Shown here in pieces: positions 18,023 to 27,724 of a stretch of DNA of 36,593 bases. The translations under genes were made by a program, and so were the position numbers. Each line of letters opens with the position of its first letter. Within the stretch, counting starts at the first letter, position 1. The DNA comes from Deinococcales bacterium. GTDB lineage: Bacteria; Deinococcota; Deinococci; Deinococcales; JAAFIG01. The stretch covers positions 1 through 36,593 of the forward strand of contig JANOWZ010000261.1 of NCBI GenBank assembly GCA_031418155.1. The letters are read 5' to 3'. The notes under the pieces are model-generated. The model was given only the letters and a program-made list of their open reading frames with translations, made no database searches and was not told where the DNA came from.

Positions 18023-20071
18023 CTATTTGGGGGGGTTTGCCAGCTCACCGAAGGTATACCCGTCTGTGCGGAATGGCGGGTATGAAACTTTGAGGTCATA
18101 GTCGATGGAAGGAGTACCACCACCTGCGTCCTTACCCGCAGGTAAGACAATGTTTGAGATTAAATTTGGTGTTCCGCCAACTCCCACCTGCACGGGTCCA
18201 ATAAATCCTGGTCGGGTGATGCCGTCTCTGTAATTTTGAGGCTGATCAACCTGCTCGATTTTGTAGGTTCCTTGCAACAGGTCGTTAAAGTAGAACTCGC
18301 CAAGGGTATTTAAGGATGCGATTCTTTCAACTGGGTTCCCAGCCGAGTCCGTACCTGTAAGGCGCATGGGTACGTTCAGGACCAGACCGGGATCGACATT
18401 GATGCTATTTCCGTCACGAATGCCATTCCCATTGTCATCAAGAAATACGGTTCCCATGATGTTCGACAATTCATTGCTGAACTCAACGGGTGTTGTGTAA
18501 GTCTCCGCTGTTGGAATGGGGGGAGGGTTTTTCACAGGTTTTAAGGTGCTTGGGTCCACGCCAGACGCGGGCCATTGAGGCACAACGATTTCGAATTCGC
18601 TTCCCGGAACTGTCGGGAATTCAAAATGCGAGGCCGTGCCGATAGGATGGGCATAACCTTTTGCGTAACCTATGGGCGGAATTTGAGCCAGCAAATACTT
18701 GCCGGAAGGAACCGCCCGGTCGAAAATATAGGTGCCATCTTTAGCGCTGATGGCGGTTGCGTCACGGCCATTTCCACTGATTTGAAGCGTGGCACCTGGA
18801 ATAATGACTGGATCTTCAATCAATAGGCGGTCATCTGTGTAGAACCGATACCCGTCACGGTCACGGTCCAGGTAGGTCAAACCCGTCACCGGCAAATCTG
18901 ATTCGGCAAACATGAACCCACCCACGCTGGCACCCTCTTCTATTTTGAATGGTTCAGTCGAGTCAGACCGGTCCGTGGCGTTGTGTAAGATTTTCACCTC
19001 GTCCCCTCCCGCTGCTGTTGGGACTTGAGTTGTCTTCTCAATTTTTGTGAACCGCCCATCCACGAGCAGGCGTTCGAGGCCTGGAACAATGGTGTCGTCC
19101 CAGTCTCCTAGCTTTGCACTTTGCAGTTCGGTCAGGGTGTATTCCCCTGACAGCAGGCCCGGAATCTCAAAACGTCCGTTGCCGTCCGGGTTGACCGTGC
19201 GATCAACCGATGTTCCGTTCACATCTGTTCCCCTCAATCTCAGTCGCGTATCGATGACACCTGTTTCTGAATAGACAATCTGGCCTTTAAGATCACGTTC
19301 GACACTGGTAGGAGATTGCAATTTTGCTTCACGAACACCGCTAAAGTCTTTGTCAATATAGACTTGACCAACGACCACGGCGAGCGTATTGATGAAACTT
19401 GTTCTCAAGTACGTTGGTCCGGTGGTCAACGGCAAGCGTCTCGAGGCCACCCTGCGGCCCGAAACAGTGTTAAATCCGTCCCTTTTAAAACCCAAAACGC
19501 CATAACCCACCGGAACATCTTCAGTGACGGTGTATTCCTGTGGTGTCAATCCCAAGAACGCAATGTTCCCGGATGAATCTGTGACCCCTTCTTGGACCAA
19601 TTTCTTGTTGGCATCAAAGAGTTTCACTGCAATGTTGTCGATATTGAAGTATTTGACATCACTGGCATGATTCCAAGACGAGACATTGACGACGACCGAT
19701 GTCGAGGCCCGAACATCGAATGTGATCTTGCCTTTTTTGGTGGTGTCACCTCGAGAGGTGGCTTCGATGACCACGGGGCCGTCTTTGTCAACAGCAAGAT
19801 CAGCCGTGAAAACGGCTGTCGTTTCATCAGGTTTGATTGTGCCGCTGCCAGACACGATTTTCCAACTGACCGTTTTGTTGTACGTGCCGGTGCCTTCAAC
19901 CGAAGCAGTCAGCTTGACGGTCCCGCCAGAGGTGGTAAATGTCTTATCCCCAGAGACGCTTACACCCGTCACGAGACCATCTTCAACAGGTGTTCCATCG
20001 AGGTTTCGTTTAACTCCGGTACATGATGCCAGAATGATCACACTGCACAGCAAAATATTTCGATAGTTCAT
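18023..20071 (-). CDS. Surface lipoprotein with an Ig-like domain and repeated SdrD-B/Cna-B-like domains
   Basis: Lipobox IILASC; Ig-like TVKLTASVEGTG..VSWK; repeated G.V[YF][IL]D.D..G.R..G.[YF]..L..G.Y...E units. GGAGG RBS. Confidence 0.8.
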   Translation of the reverse strand: MNYRNILLCSVIILASCTGVKRNLDGTPVEDGLVTGVSVSGDKTFTTSGGTVKLTASVEGTGTYNKTVSWKIVSGSGTIKPDETTAVFTADLAVDKDGPVVIEATSRGDTTKKGKITFDVRASTSVVVNVSSWNHASDVKYFNIDNIAVKLFDANKKLVQEGVTDSSGNIAFLGLTPQEYTVTEDVPVGYGVLGFKRDGFNTVSGRRVASRRLPLTTGPTYLRTSFINTLAVVVGQVYIDKDFSGVREAKLQSPTSVERDLKGQIVYSETGVIDTRLRLRGTDVNGTSVDRTVNPDGNGRFEIPGLLSGEYTLTELQSAKLGDWDDTIVPGLERLLVDGRFTKIEKTTQVPTAAGGDEVKILHNATDRSDSTEPFKIEEGASVGGFMFAESDLPVTGLTYLDRDRDGYRFYTDDRLLIEDPVIIPGATLQISGNGRDATAISAKDGTYIFDRAVPSGKYLLAQIPPIGYAKGYAHPIGTASHFEFPTVPGSEFEIVVPQWPASGVDPSTLKPVKNPPPIPTAETYTTPVEFSNELSNIMGTVFLDDNGNGIRDGNSINVDPGLVLNVPMRLTGTDSAGNPVERIASLNTLGEFYFNDLLQGTYKIEQVDQPQNYRDGITRPGFIGPVQVGVGGTPNLISNIVLPAGKDAGGGTPSIDYDLKVSYPPFRTDGYTFGELANPPK

Positions 20072-20228
20072 TGTAAATCCTCCAGATCAAATCGATGGTA
20101 GCAACAGCACCCCGATTCCCTGGGTCAGATGCACACGTTCGTTTCTGAGTAAACGTTCTTTGTTGTGAATTGATCCAAATCCGAAATAGCGCCCAACTCC
20201 TCATCGCTCGAGGGTTTAAGCTGTGTCC

Positions 20229-20606
20229 ATGCGTTGGTTTGCCACCCTGATCGTGATGCTTTCCCTTTCGGGGTGTGTGTTCACGTTCATTCCGTTGGTT
20301 CCCGATCCAATTCACCTCGAGCCGCGTTTGATCTTCAAGACTGGTTCGGCATTGACCCGTGTCGGTGAGCACATCGTCTTGCACCTCGAGTTGGCGAAAG
20401 TCCCGAACGAGGGGTTTATCGGTGCGTATTTGTACCGTGCTTTGCCGGACGGTGGCGAGGAGAAGATCGGTGAGGATTCCAAGTTGGCGAACCCATTTAC
20501 CACCAGCCTCGAGTTTCGCCTTTCCGATGCGGTTGTGGGGCAATACCGGGCGTTGGTGTTTTGGCAGGGTTCGGTTGAGCGTCAGTTTGAGTTCGATTTG
20601 AAATGA
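20229..20606 (+). CDS. Hypothetical lipoprotein
   Basis: MRWFATLIVMLSLSGC lipobox. TAAGCT-N6-ATG 20229. Confidence 0.75.
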   Translation: MRWFATLIVMLSLSGCVFTFIPLVPDPIHLEPRLIFKTGSALTRVGEHIVLHLELAKVPNEGFIGAYLYRALPDGGEEKIGEDSKLANPFTTSLEFRLSDAVVGQYRALVFWQGSVERQFEFDLK

Positions 20607-20690
20607 TGACTGGTCATGCTCGGGACTCCGTTTGGGTATCTTAAGTGATCGGACCTTTCGGTGATCCGGCACGAAAGGTAAACTCGGGTT

Positions 20691-22361
20691 ATGCAATTGC
20701 CATCGCCTGATTGGAGTTCGTTTCAACCTGCTTATGAAGCCCTGCTCGCCGAAGAGTTAACGGCTGCCGATGTTGCCAGTTGGCTCGAGCGCTGGAGCCA
20801 ACTTGAAGGGCAATTGCAGGAGATCAATGGTCGAGCGCATCGGGCGTATTCGGAAAACACCTTGGACCCGGAGGCTGAGGCACGGGTCATTGATTTGATC
20901 GAGCATGTGATTCCGCAGTGGAAGATCGTGGACAACGCGCTGAATCGCAAATTGCTCGAAGTTGAAGGTTTTGTGCCAGATGCGCAAACCGAACTGTTTT
21001 TGCGTTCGGTGCGGGTCGGTGTCGAGATTTTCCGGTCCGAGAACGTGCCGCTCGAGGCGGAGTTGGATCGCTTGGAGAACGAGTACAGTAAGATTGTTGG
21101 TGGTTTGATGGTCATGTTGGACGGTGAGGAATTGACCGTACCCAAAGCGCATCAGCAACTTCTCGAGGTGAACCGTGACCGCCGTGAGGCGGCTTGGCGG
21201 GCGGTTCATGAGGCGATGCTGGCGGTGCGTGAGGATTTAAACGACTTGTTTTTAAAAATCTTGCCCTTGCGCCGCGCGTTGGCGCAGAACGCAGGCTTGG
21301 CGAACTTTCGGGAGTTGATGTGGCTGAGAAATCAACGTTTCGATTACTCGCCAGACGATTGTGAGACGTTGCACTCGAGCATCTTGGCGACGGTGGTGCC
21401 ACTGGCGGTCAAGTTGATGCGAAAGCGCCAAAAATCGCTTGGGCTCGAAGGTGTGCGACCGTGGGACACGGTGGTTGATCCTCTTGCACAGGCTCCATTG
21501 CAACCGTTTTCAAAATCATCCAAGCTCGAGGAGGCATCGCAGCGAATTCTGGGCAAACTCGAGCCTGCATTTGCCGAACATTTTGCCAGTTTGCGCGATG
21601 GCTTTTTGGACCTCGAGTCGCGCAAGGGCAAATCTCCGGGCGGGTCTTGCGATTACTTCCCGGTCTCAAAGCGTCCGTACATTTTCATGAATGCGGTCGG
21701 CACACACAACGATGTGCAAACGATGTTGCACGAGGCTGGGCACGCGATCCACGCCATAGAGAGCGCGAGCGCTCAACCGTTGGTTTGGAACCTGCACGGC
21801 CCGATGGAATTCTGTGAGGTCGCCGCGATGGGCATGGAAATGCTCGGGCAACCGTATTTGGAGCGTGAACGAGGCGGGTTTTACTCTCAGGAAGACGCGG
21901 ACCGGGCGAGGCACGAGCATTTGCAAGGCACGGTTGATTTTCTGCCGTACATGAGTGTCGTCGATGCGTTTCAGCAGTGGTTGTACGCGGACGCACCTGA
22001 GACGATCACCGCGAGCGATTTGGATGCGAAATGGGACGAGTTGTATCGGAAATTCAGCCCGAGTGAAGATTGGAATGGGCTCGAGGAGGTTCGGGCCACG
22101 GGTTGGCAGCGCAAGCAGCATATTTTCACCTCGCCGTTGTATTACGTTGAATACGGCATCGCGCAATTGGGCGCGTTGCAACTCTGGCGAAACGCCCAAC
22201 GGGATGAGGCTGGAACCGTGCAGAAATTCCGGAATTCCCTGCGTTTGGGCAAAACGAAAGGCTTGCGCGATTTGTTTGAGGCGGCAGGAATCAAGCTCGC
22301 ATTCAATGCCGAAACGATTGGTGAACTGATGAAATTGGTCGAGGCACAACTCGAGTCGTGA
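20691..22361 (+). CDS. pepF: M3 family oligoendopeptidase (PepF-like)
   Basis: HEAGH zinc motif, EFCEVAAMGME, RKGKSPGG and HIFTSPLYYVEY. TAAACT-N6-ATG. Confidence 0.9.
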   Translation: MQLPSPDWSSFQPAYEALLAEELTAADVASWLERWSQLEGQLQEINGRAHRAYSENTLDPEAEARVIDLIEHVIPQWKIVDNALNRKLLEVEGFVPDAQTELFLRSVRVGVEIFRSENVPLEAELDRLENEYSKIVGGLMVMLDGEELTVPKAHQQLLEVNRDRREAAWRAVHEAMLAVREDLNDLFLKILPLRRALAQNAGLANFRELMWLRNQRFDYSPDDCETLHSSILATVVPLAVKLMRKRQKSLGLEGVRPWDTVVDPLAQAPLQPFSKSSKLEEASQRILGKLEPAFAEHFASLRDGFLDLESRKGKSPGGSCDYFPVSKRPYIFMNAVGTHNDVQTMLHEAGHAIHAIESASAQPLVWNLHGPMEFCEVAAMGMEMLGQPYLERERGGFYSQEDADRARHEHLQGTVDFLPYMSVVDAFQQWLYADAPETITASDLDAKWDELYRKFSPSEDWNGLEEVRATGWQRKQHIFTSPLYYVEYGIAQLGALQLWRNAQRDEAGTVQKFRNSLRLGKTKGLRDLFEAAGIKLAFNAETIGELMKLVEAQLES

Positions 22362-22364
22362 TGG

Positions 22365-23354
22365 TCAGGATCGGGCCATCGCCGGTACGCGCTCGGGCAT
22401 TCTGAATTCGATGTCTTCGGGTTCACCCTCTTCGATCACCTTCACATTCGAGTTCAACCGTTTGAAGTACGCGACCATTTCCTGAACCAGGTCATCCGGC
22501 GTGCTGGCTGCACTGGTGATGCCAACCGATTTCACACCCTCGAGCCATTCGGTTTTGATGTCAGTGACGTTCTCAACCCGTTCGGCGCGTGGCGTTAACG
22601 TTTCGGCCAACTCGAGCAGCCTCATGCCGTTGCTGGAGTAATTGCTGGTCACGACCAGAAACAGGTCCACTTTGGGTGCAATCAATTTCACAGCGGCTTG
22701 CCGGTTTTTGGTGGCGTAACAGAGGTCATCTCGAGATGGAACGGTCAGGTTCGGAAAGCGCAATTTGAGGATTTCGACCGTCTTGTCCGTGTCATCGACT
22801 GAAAGCGTGGTTTGGGTCAGCACGATCACCTTGTCCGGGTCTGGCACGGTGACGGTGTGTGGATCGGCCATTTTCGGATCGTGCTTGCGATTGCCGATCA
22901 CGGCGACCAACGTCGTCTGGTCTGGAGCCTCGCCGAACGTGCCGATGATCTCCTGATGCGAACTCGAGTCGCCAATCAAGAGGATTTGATACCCGAGTGC
23001 GGCGTAGCGTTTGGACTCGCTGTGAACCTTCGTCACCAACGGGCAGGTCGCATCAATCGTGGCGAGCCCTCGAGCTTGAGCCTCGAACCGCAGGGCAGGG
23101 GAGACACCGTGCGCACTGAAGACGACCGTATCGCCTGCCGCCTGAATTGCCTCGAGTTCGGCCAGGTTTTCAACGAATCGCACGCCTTCATCCTCGAGCC
23201 GTTGAACCACGGTGTCATTGTGAACGATGCTGTGATAGACGACCAAATCGCCGTTATTTTCGGCTTGACCATTCGCGGCTTTGACGGCATCTATCGCCAT
23301 GACCACTCCGGCGCAAAATCCTCTGGGTTGGGCGAGGTAAAGTTTCTCAATCAT
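22365..23354 (-). CDS. ispH: 4-hydroxy-3-methylbut-2-enyl diphosphate reductase
   Basis: [31 protein letters not shown] and [16 protein letters not shown]6-ATG. Confidence 0.97.
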   Translation of the reverse strand: MIEKLYLAQPRGFCAGVVMAIDAVKAANGQAENNGDLVVYHSIVHNDTVVQRLEDEGVRFVENLAELEAIQAAGDTVVFSAHGVSPALRFEAQARGLATIDATCPLVTKVHSESKRYAALGYQILLIGDSSSHQEIIGTFGEAPDQTTLVAVIGNRKHDPKMADPHTVTVPDPDKVIVLTQTTLSVDDTDKTVEILKLRFPNLTVPSRDDLCYATKNRQAAVKLIAPKVDLFLVVTSNYSSNGMRLLELAETLTPRAERVENVTDIKTEWLEGVKSVGITSAASTPDDLVQEMVAYFKRLNSNVKVIEEGEPEDIEFRMPERVPAMARS

Positions 23355-23445
23355 TACGTGATTCTAGTCTTTTGTTGTTAGGACAATCGAGACGCGGGTC
23401 GGGTTTGAATCTCCCGACCGGCGCTGAATGTGTTTTGGCTCGAGT

Positions 23446-24681
23446 TCATCCGATGGTTTTGGTTTCTTTCTCGGTGGCATCGAGCAGACCGCTTTTGCTG
23501 ATCAATTGTGTCGCCATGACCGTCTGAATCACCTGGGTGATCTGGCTGGTGGCTTGGCTGGCGGCCTCACCGTTGCCGGAAATGTTGATCAGTTTCGCTT
23601 GCGCCAACGCCTCGGCAATGACTGGAGCGATCATCGGCAGCATTTCGATCTGACGGTAACGGAAGTAACTCTCGCCACCCTCGAGAATGGCCTCATTGAC
23701 CTTGCGGATGCTTTCGGCGTTCGCCTGCGCAACCGTGGTGATCTGGATCGCTTCGGCCTCAGCCTTGGCTCGAGCGCCAATTTTGACCCGTTCGGCATCG
23801 GCTTCTGCCTGAGCAATCTGTGTGGCCTTCAACTCGCTCGAGCGTTGAAGTGCGAGCGCGTCCTGCTTCTTGGCTTCCGCCTCTGCAACCAGGGCCGCGT
23901 TCGAGGCTTTTGTCTGCTCGAGCTCACGGTTCTTGTCCGAGATGGCGCGTTCGGCCTCGAGTTGCGCTTCTTTGGCGCGGCGTGCCTGTTGGGTCGAGAC
24001 GATATCCGCGCTGGCCTGCGCTTCGGCGGCGCTCTGCCGGCGGCGGGCGTCGGCGACTTCTGATTGCACGACCTTGATGTTCAGGGAGTTGAAGATCAAT
24101 CCCAGGTCGGTCAACTCTTTGCTGCACGCCTTGCGGATGATGATCGCCAAGGGATCGTCGTCCTCTTCGGCGCTGACCGTCACGGGCTTGTGTGGTTCCT
24201 CACCGGGTCGAGGCGTGGATTTGGCGCTGAACAGTTGATCGTGCGTCAAAAGGTTGATGGCGCGACGACCGGCGCTCGAAAGCAGGTCGTTTAGGATCGC
24301 CATTTGTTCCTCGTAAGGCTTGGAGAAAAAACGGTTCGCGGCGGTTTGAATCAGCGTGCTGGTGTCACCAACGCTGACGATGGCACTCGCCAGAACCCGA
24401 ACCTTGATCGGACGTGGAATCCCGCTCTGGTCGATGTCAGCCGTCTGGTCCGTGATGTCGAGGTCAACATTGATCGCCTTGCTCGAGAGTGTCGTTCCAG
24501 TGGTCAGGAGCGGAACCTCGAGACTCTTGCCCGGACCACGGTAGATGTTGGTTGTGCCTGAGAGCCACGAAACCATGCGGATTGTACCGGCCTCAACATT
24601 GCGCAGGAAACTCGAGACGATCAACGGAATGACGACGAGCAGCACGACGACGGCGATGATGATTGGGATGAACGTTTCCAT
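23446..24681 (-). CDS. Flotillin/SPFH-domain membrane protein
   Basis: N-terminal TM helix, SPFH domain, AEA-rich coiled-coil flotillin repeats. Confidence 0.88.
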   Translation of the reverse strand: METFIPIIIAVVVLLVVIPLIVSSFLRNVEAGTIRMVSWLSGTTNIYRGPGKSLEVPLLTTGTTLSSKAINVDLDITDQTADIDQSGIPRPIKVRVLASAIVSVGDTSTLIQTAANRFFSKPYEEQMAILNDLLSSAGRRAINLLTHDQLFSAKSTPRPGEEPHKPVTVSAEEDDDPLAIIIRKACSKELTDLGLIFNSLNIKVVQSEVADARRRQSAAEAQASADIVSTQQARRAKEAQLEAERAISDKNRELEQTKASNAALVAEAEAKKQDALALQRSSELKATQIAQAEADAERVKIGARAKAEAEAIQITTVAQANAESIRKVNEAILEGGESYFRYRQIEMLPMIAPVIAEALAQAKLINISGNGEAASQATSQITQVIQTVMATQLISKSGLLDATEKETKTIG

Positions 24682-24757
24682 GAAATCCTCTTGGTGAGGC
24701 GTTATCGGTTCAACGCGGTCACGCAGTTCAGTACGGCCTGTGATTGTAATCGGTTCC

Positions 24758-25321
24758 TTAATCGATCAGCGAGACGATGCAGTTTCCAGCGTTGTTCACG
24801 CTTTCAATGCGCAACGTTTTGCCACGGGTGACTCGAGCTCTCTGCCCTGATTTGAGTGTGCCGAGCACTTGTCGAACCTGTCCGTCCAACTCGAGTTCGA
24901 TCAAGCCCGAACCGCTCGCATCGAAGTCCATCACGGCTTTGGCTCGGGAGAATGCGGCGCTCTCGAGGTTTTGGGCGGGTTTGGAGGCGAAGCGCATCAT
25001 CAGCTTCCAGTACGGTTGAATCAGGACTCGCTCGAGGGCGATGGCTCCGATGATGGCGAACGGAATGCTCAGCGCGAGGATCACGAACTTTTCGGCAACC
25101 AATCCGACCGCCCCGAAGCCGAGCGCGAGGCTGAAGATGACCCTCGGTGAGATCAGCGCCAACCATTTTGTGCTCGAGCTTGAATCGTGGTCGTGACCGT
25201 GATGGCTTGAGTCTGAATGCCCGTGTGAACTGTGCCCGTGTCCACCTGAACCGTGACCCACGCCAAGCGCTGTCATGGCGAGCAGCCCGACCAGTCCGAG
25301 AATCATGCTTGAAAGAAACAT
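24758..25321 (-). CDS. NfeD/YqiJ-like membrane protein with His-rich loop (flotillin partner)
   Basis: TM segments, His-rich GHGSGGHGHSSHGHSDSSHHGHDH loop, C-terminal OB-fold-like region; directly upstream of flotillin. GGAGG RBS. Confidence 0.8.
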   Translation of the reverse strand: MFLSSMILGLVGLLAMTALGVGHGSGGHGHSSHGHSDSSHHGHDHDSSSSTKWLALISPRVIFSLALGFGAVGLVAEKFVILALSIPFAIIGAIALERVLIQPYWKLMMRFASKPAQNLESAAFSRAKAVMDFDASGSGLIELELDGQVRQVLGTLKSGQRARVTRGKTLRIESVNNAGNCIVSLID

Positions 25322-25468
25322 CGTTGAGCCTCCTCGACCAACGATACGGGCTCAACTTGCTTTTGGTTTCATTCGCTGACGTGAAACCCGCAAGTCTGTG
25401 ATGTGGAAACCATTCCATTCGAGAGCGTGCTCTCACTGTCAACATCCCGTCAGGTTTATAGTTTTCAC

Positions 25469-26323
25469 ATGGCCTCTCCAAGTCCCACAGTTGGGCACCA
25501 GCGGGCTGTTTATCAACGCTCGCTCAAGCCGCGTCCACGCATCGAATACTCGAGCGAATATTTTTTCAGGCCGTTGGCGCATCTGGTCGTCAGTGCCCTG
25601 CTGCCGTTGCGGCTTCCGCCGACGTTGCTTGTGGCGTTTCATACCTGCCTGGGCATCTTCTCGGGCGTGCTGATCGCGCAGGGGCATTGGATTTGGGCCG
25701 CGTGGCTGATTCAAGTCAAAACCGTGCTCGACAACGCCGACGGTCAATTGGCTCGGGCCTCTGGCATGACTTCTGAAATTGGTCGTTACGCGGACACTGA
25801 GGGTGATTTGCTGGTCAATGCGGCGCTGTTCTGGGGCATCGGAGCGGCGACAGGGCAACTCTGGCTCGCGGCGCTCGCCTTCATCGTCCTGACCGTGCTG
25901 CTCTCAGCCGATTTCAACCTCGAGTACCTGTACAAACGTGAACGTGGCGAGGTGTTCCGGGCATCACCCGATTCGAGCCGTGAGAATCAGTTCGTGCTCG
26001 GCGCACTGGCTGGGTTTTACCGGGTGTTCTTCAAGCCTCAAGACACGGGGATTCGTGCTTTCGCCGATGTCCGATTTGAGCGCATCTTCTCGAGATTTCC
26101 AAACGCAGATCGCCGCCAGACCGCGCTGCTCTCCTATCACGAACCTGGAGCCTTGTTCGTGCTCGCCAACCTTGAGCTTTCAACGCAATTGGCTGTGCTC
26201 GGGATTTTCTTGCTGGTCGGTCAACCGGGTTTGTACTTGTGGTTCGTGATCGCCTGTGGCCTCACCCTGGCCCTGCTGCAATGGCGGCGAGAACGAATCG
26301 CCACTCGAGTCCTCCAAAACTGA
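25469..26323 (+). CDS. CDP-alcohol phosphatidyltransferase family protein
   Basis: LDNADGQLARASGMTSEIGRYADTEGD signature. TATAGT-N6-ATG 25469. Confidence 0.9.
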   Translation: MASPSPTVGHQRAVYQRSLKPRPRIEYSSEYFFRPLAHLVVSALLPLRLPPTLLVAFHTCLGIFSGVLIAQGHWIWAAWLIQVKTVLDNADGQLARASGMTSEIGRYADTEGDLLVNAALFWGIGAATGQLWLAALAFIVLTVLLSADFNLEYLYKRERGEVFRASPDSSRENQFVLGALAGFYRVFFKPQDTGIRAFADVRFERIFSRFPNADRRQTALLSYHEPGALFVLANLELSTQLAVLGIFLLVGQPGLYLWFVIACGLTLALLQWRRERIATRVLQN

Positions 26324-26410
26324 TTTGGTGTCTCAGGCCAGCCGAAGCCCGAGGTTTTGTGCCGTTTTTGCGTTATTGCAATCTGATCAGCAATAACTTT
26401 GAGACCCCGG

Positions 26411-26427
26411 TCACGTTTAAGACGTAA
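26411..26427. promoter_or_regulatory. RDRM-like (DdrO-box-like) 17-bp pseudo-palindrome
   Basis: TCACGTTTAAGACGTAA fits the Deinococcus radiation-desiccation response motif pattern (TTACG-N7-CGTAA-like); 77 nt upstream of the NUDIX start and just downstream of a TAACTT -10-like box (26394-26399). Confidence 0.45.
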
Positions 26428-26504
26428 TCGCGGGCACATCCAAATCACCTTTCACCGCGCATGATGAAACGCCTCGAGATGAATCGCTCGAGGCTGGAGA
26501 TTAC

Positions 26505-26945
26505 TTGACCGCAATTGCCATAAAACGTTATCCACTGCCCGCTGTCGCCGCCCTGATCGCCGGTCCGAGCGGTCATGTGCTGATTGTGCGCACCCACAAA
26601 TGGTCTGGTCTGTGGGGCGTGCCTGGAGGCAAAGTCGATTATGGCGAAACCCTCATTACAGCCCTCAAGCGCGAGATGTTCGAGGAGGTCGGCCTCGAGA
26701 TTCGTGATCCGGTCTTCGCGTTCGCCTCCGAGTTGATCGAGGACCCGAAGTTTCACAAACCCAACCATTTCATCTCGCTCGAGTACGTGGCTTTCGCCGA
26801 TCACGAGAACGTCGTTTTCAATGATGAGATCGCCGAGTTCGCCTGGGTCACGCTCGAGGAAGCGTTCAACTATCCGGTTAATATTTACACCCTGCGCCTG
26901 CTCGAATGGTGCCGTGACCGCAACTGGCCGCCGGTGCAGGCATGA
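26505..26945 (+). CDS. NUDIX hydrolase, possibly dihydroneopterin triphosphate pyrophosphatase from context
   Basis: Nudix box GGKVDYGETLITALKREMFEEVGL; TTG start with GGAG RBS; overlaps the next gene by ATGA. Confidence 0.88.
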   Translation: MTAIAIKRYPLPAVAALIAGPSGHVLIVRTHKWSGLWGVPGGKVDYGETLITALKREMFEEVGLEIRDPVFAFASELIEDPKFHKPNHFISLEYVAFADHENVVFNDEIAEFAWVTLEEAFNYPVNIYTLRLLEWCRDRNWPPVQA

Positions 26946-27652
26946 AAACGGCCCTTGTCACCGGTTCGGCCCGAGGCATCGGGCGTGGTGTCGCGCTCGA
27001 TCTGGCTGAGGCCGGGTTTGGCGTTGCGATTCATTACCGGTCCTCGGTCGATGAAGCTGAGAAGACCCGACTCGAGGCTCAATCATTCGGAGTTCAAGCC
27101 GTGAAACTTCAAGCCGATCTCACCGATTCGATTCAGGCCGAAAAGCTCGTGCTCGAGGCTGCGAATCAACTTGGCGGTTTGGGCGTGCTGGTCAACAACG
27201 TCGGCAATTACAAGAAGGGTGCTCTGACCGAAATGCCGCTCGAGGAATGGCACGAGATGTTCGATACGAACCTGCACTCGAGCTTCTACACGTGTCGTGC
27301 CGCCATCCCAATTATGCGCTTGCAAAAGTTTGGCCGGATCATCAACTTTGGTTATGCGGGCGCAACCAACCTGATCTCGAGGCCGCGCACGACCGCTTAC
27401 GTGATCGCCAAAACGGGTGTGACCCTGATGACCAAAGCCATCGCTGCGACCGAAATTCAACACGGAATTACCGCGAATGTGATCGCCCCAGGCGTGATCG
27501 AAAACAGCATCTCGCAACCCATCACTGACATTCCCGCCGCTCGGATCGGACGGATCGATGAAGTCTCGAGTGCGGTTTTGTACTTCCTGTCCGACCAAGC
27601 GCAATACGTCACTGGACAGACGCTCGAAATCGCGGGTGGCTGGAACCTCTAA
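26942..27652 (+). CDS. tmpR: SDR-family pteridine/dihydrofolate reductase (TmpR/FolM-like)
   Basis: TGSARGIG, AIHYRSS, VNNVG and YVIAK (YxxxK) motifs; sits between a NUDIX gene and folE. Confidence 0.75.
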   Translation: MKTALVTGSARGIGRGVALDLAEAGFGVAIHYRSSVDEAEKTRLEAQSFGVQAVKLQADLTDSIQAEKLVLEAANQLGGLGVLVNNVGNYKKGALTEMPLEEWHEMFDTNLHSSFYTCRAAIPIMRLQKFGRIINFGYAGATNLISRPRTTAYVIAKTGVTLMTKAIAATEIQHGITANVIAPGVIENSISQPITDIPAARIGRIDEVSSAVLYFLSDQAQYVTGQTLEIAGGWNL

Positions 27653-27724
27653 CAATTCTTTCCCTTTTCGTTTCCGCCCTTTTGCCGGTGTGCAACTCAG
27701 CCGGACTTTTCAAAGGAGAACAAC

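Noticed and set aside
23394-23423. Intrinsic terminator after flotillin (GGTCGGG/CCCGACC hairpin)
   Set aside because: The stem is plausible but has no U-tract on either strand, so it was not called.
27653-27724. THF-II (folE motif) riboswitch before folE
   Set aside because: Contains GTGCAACTC resembling the conserved GUUCAACUC, but the P2 hairpin and complementary ACGG strand are missing.
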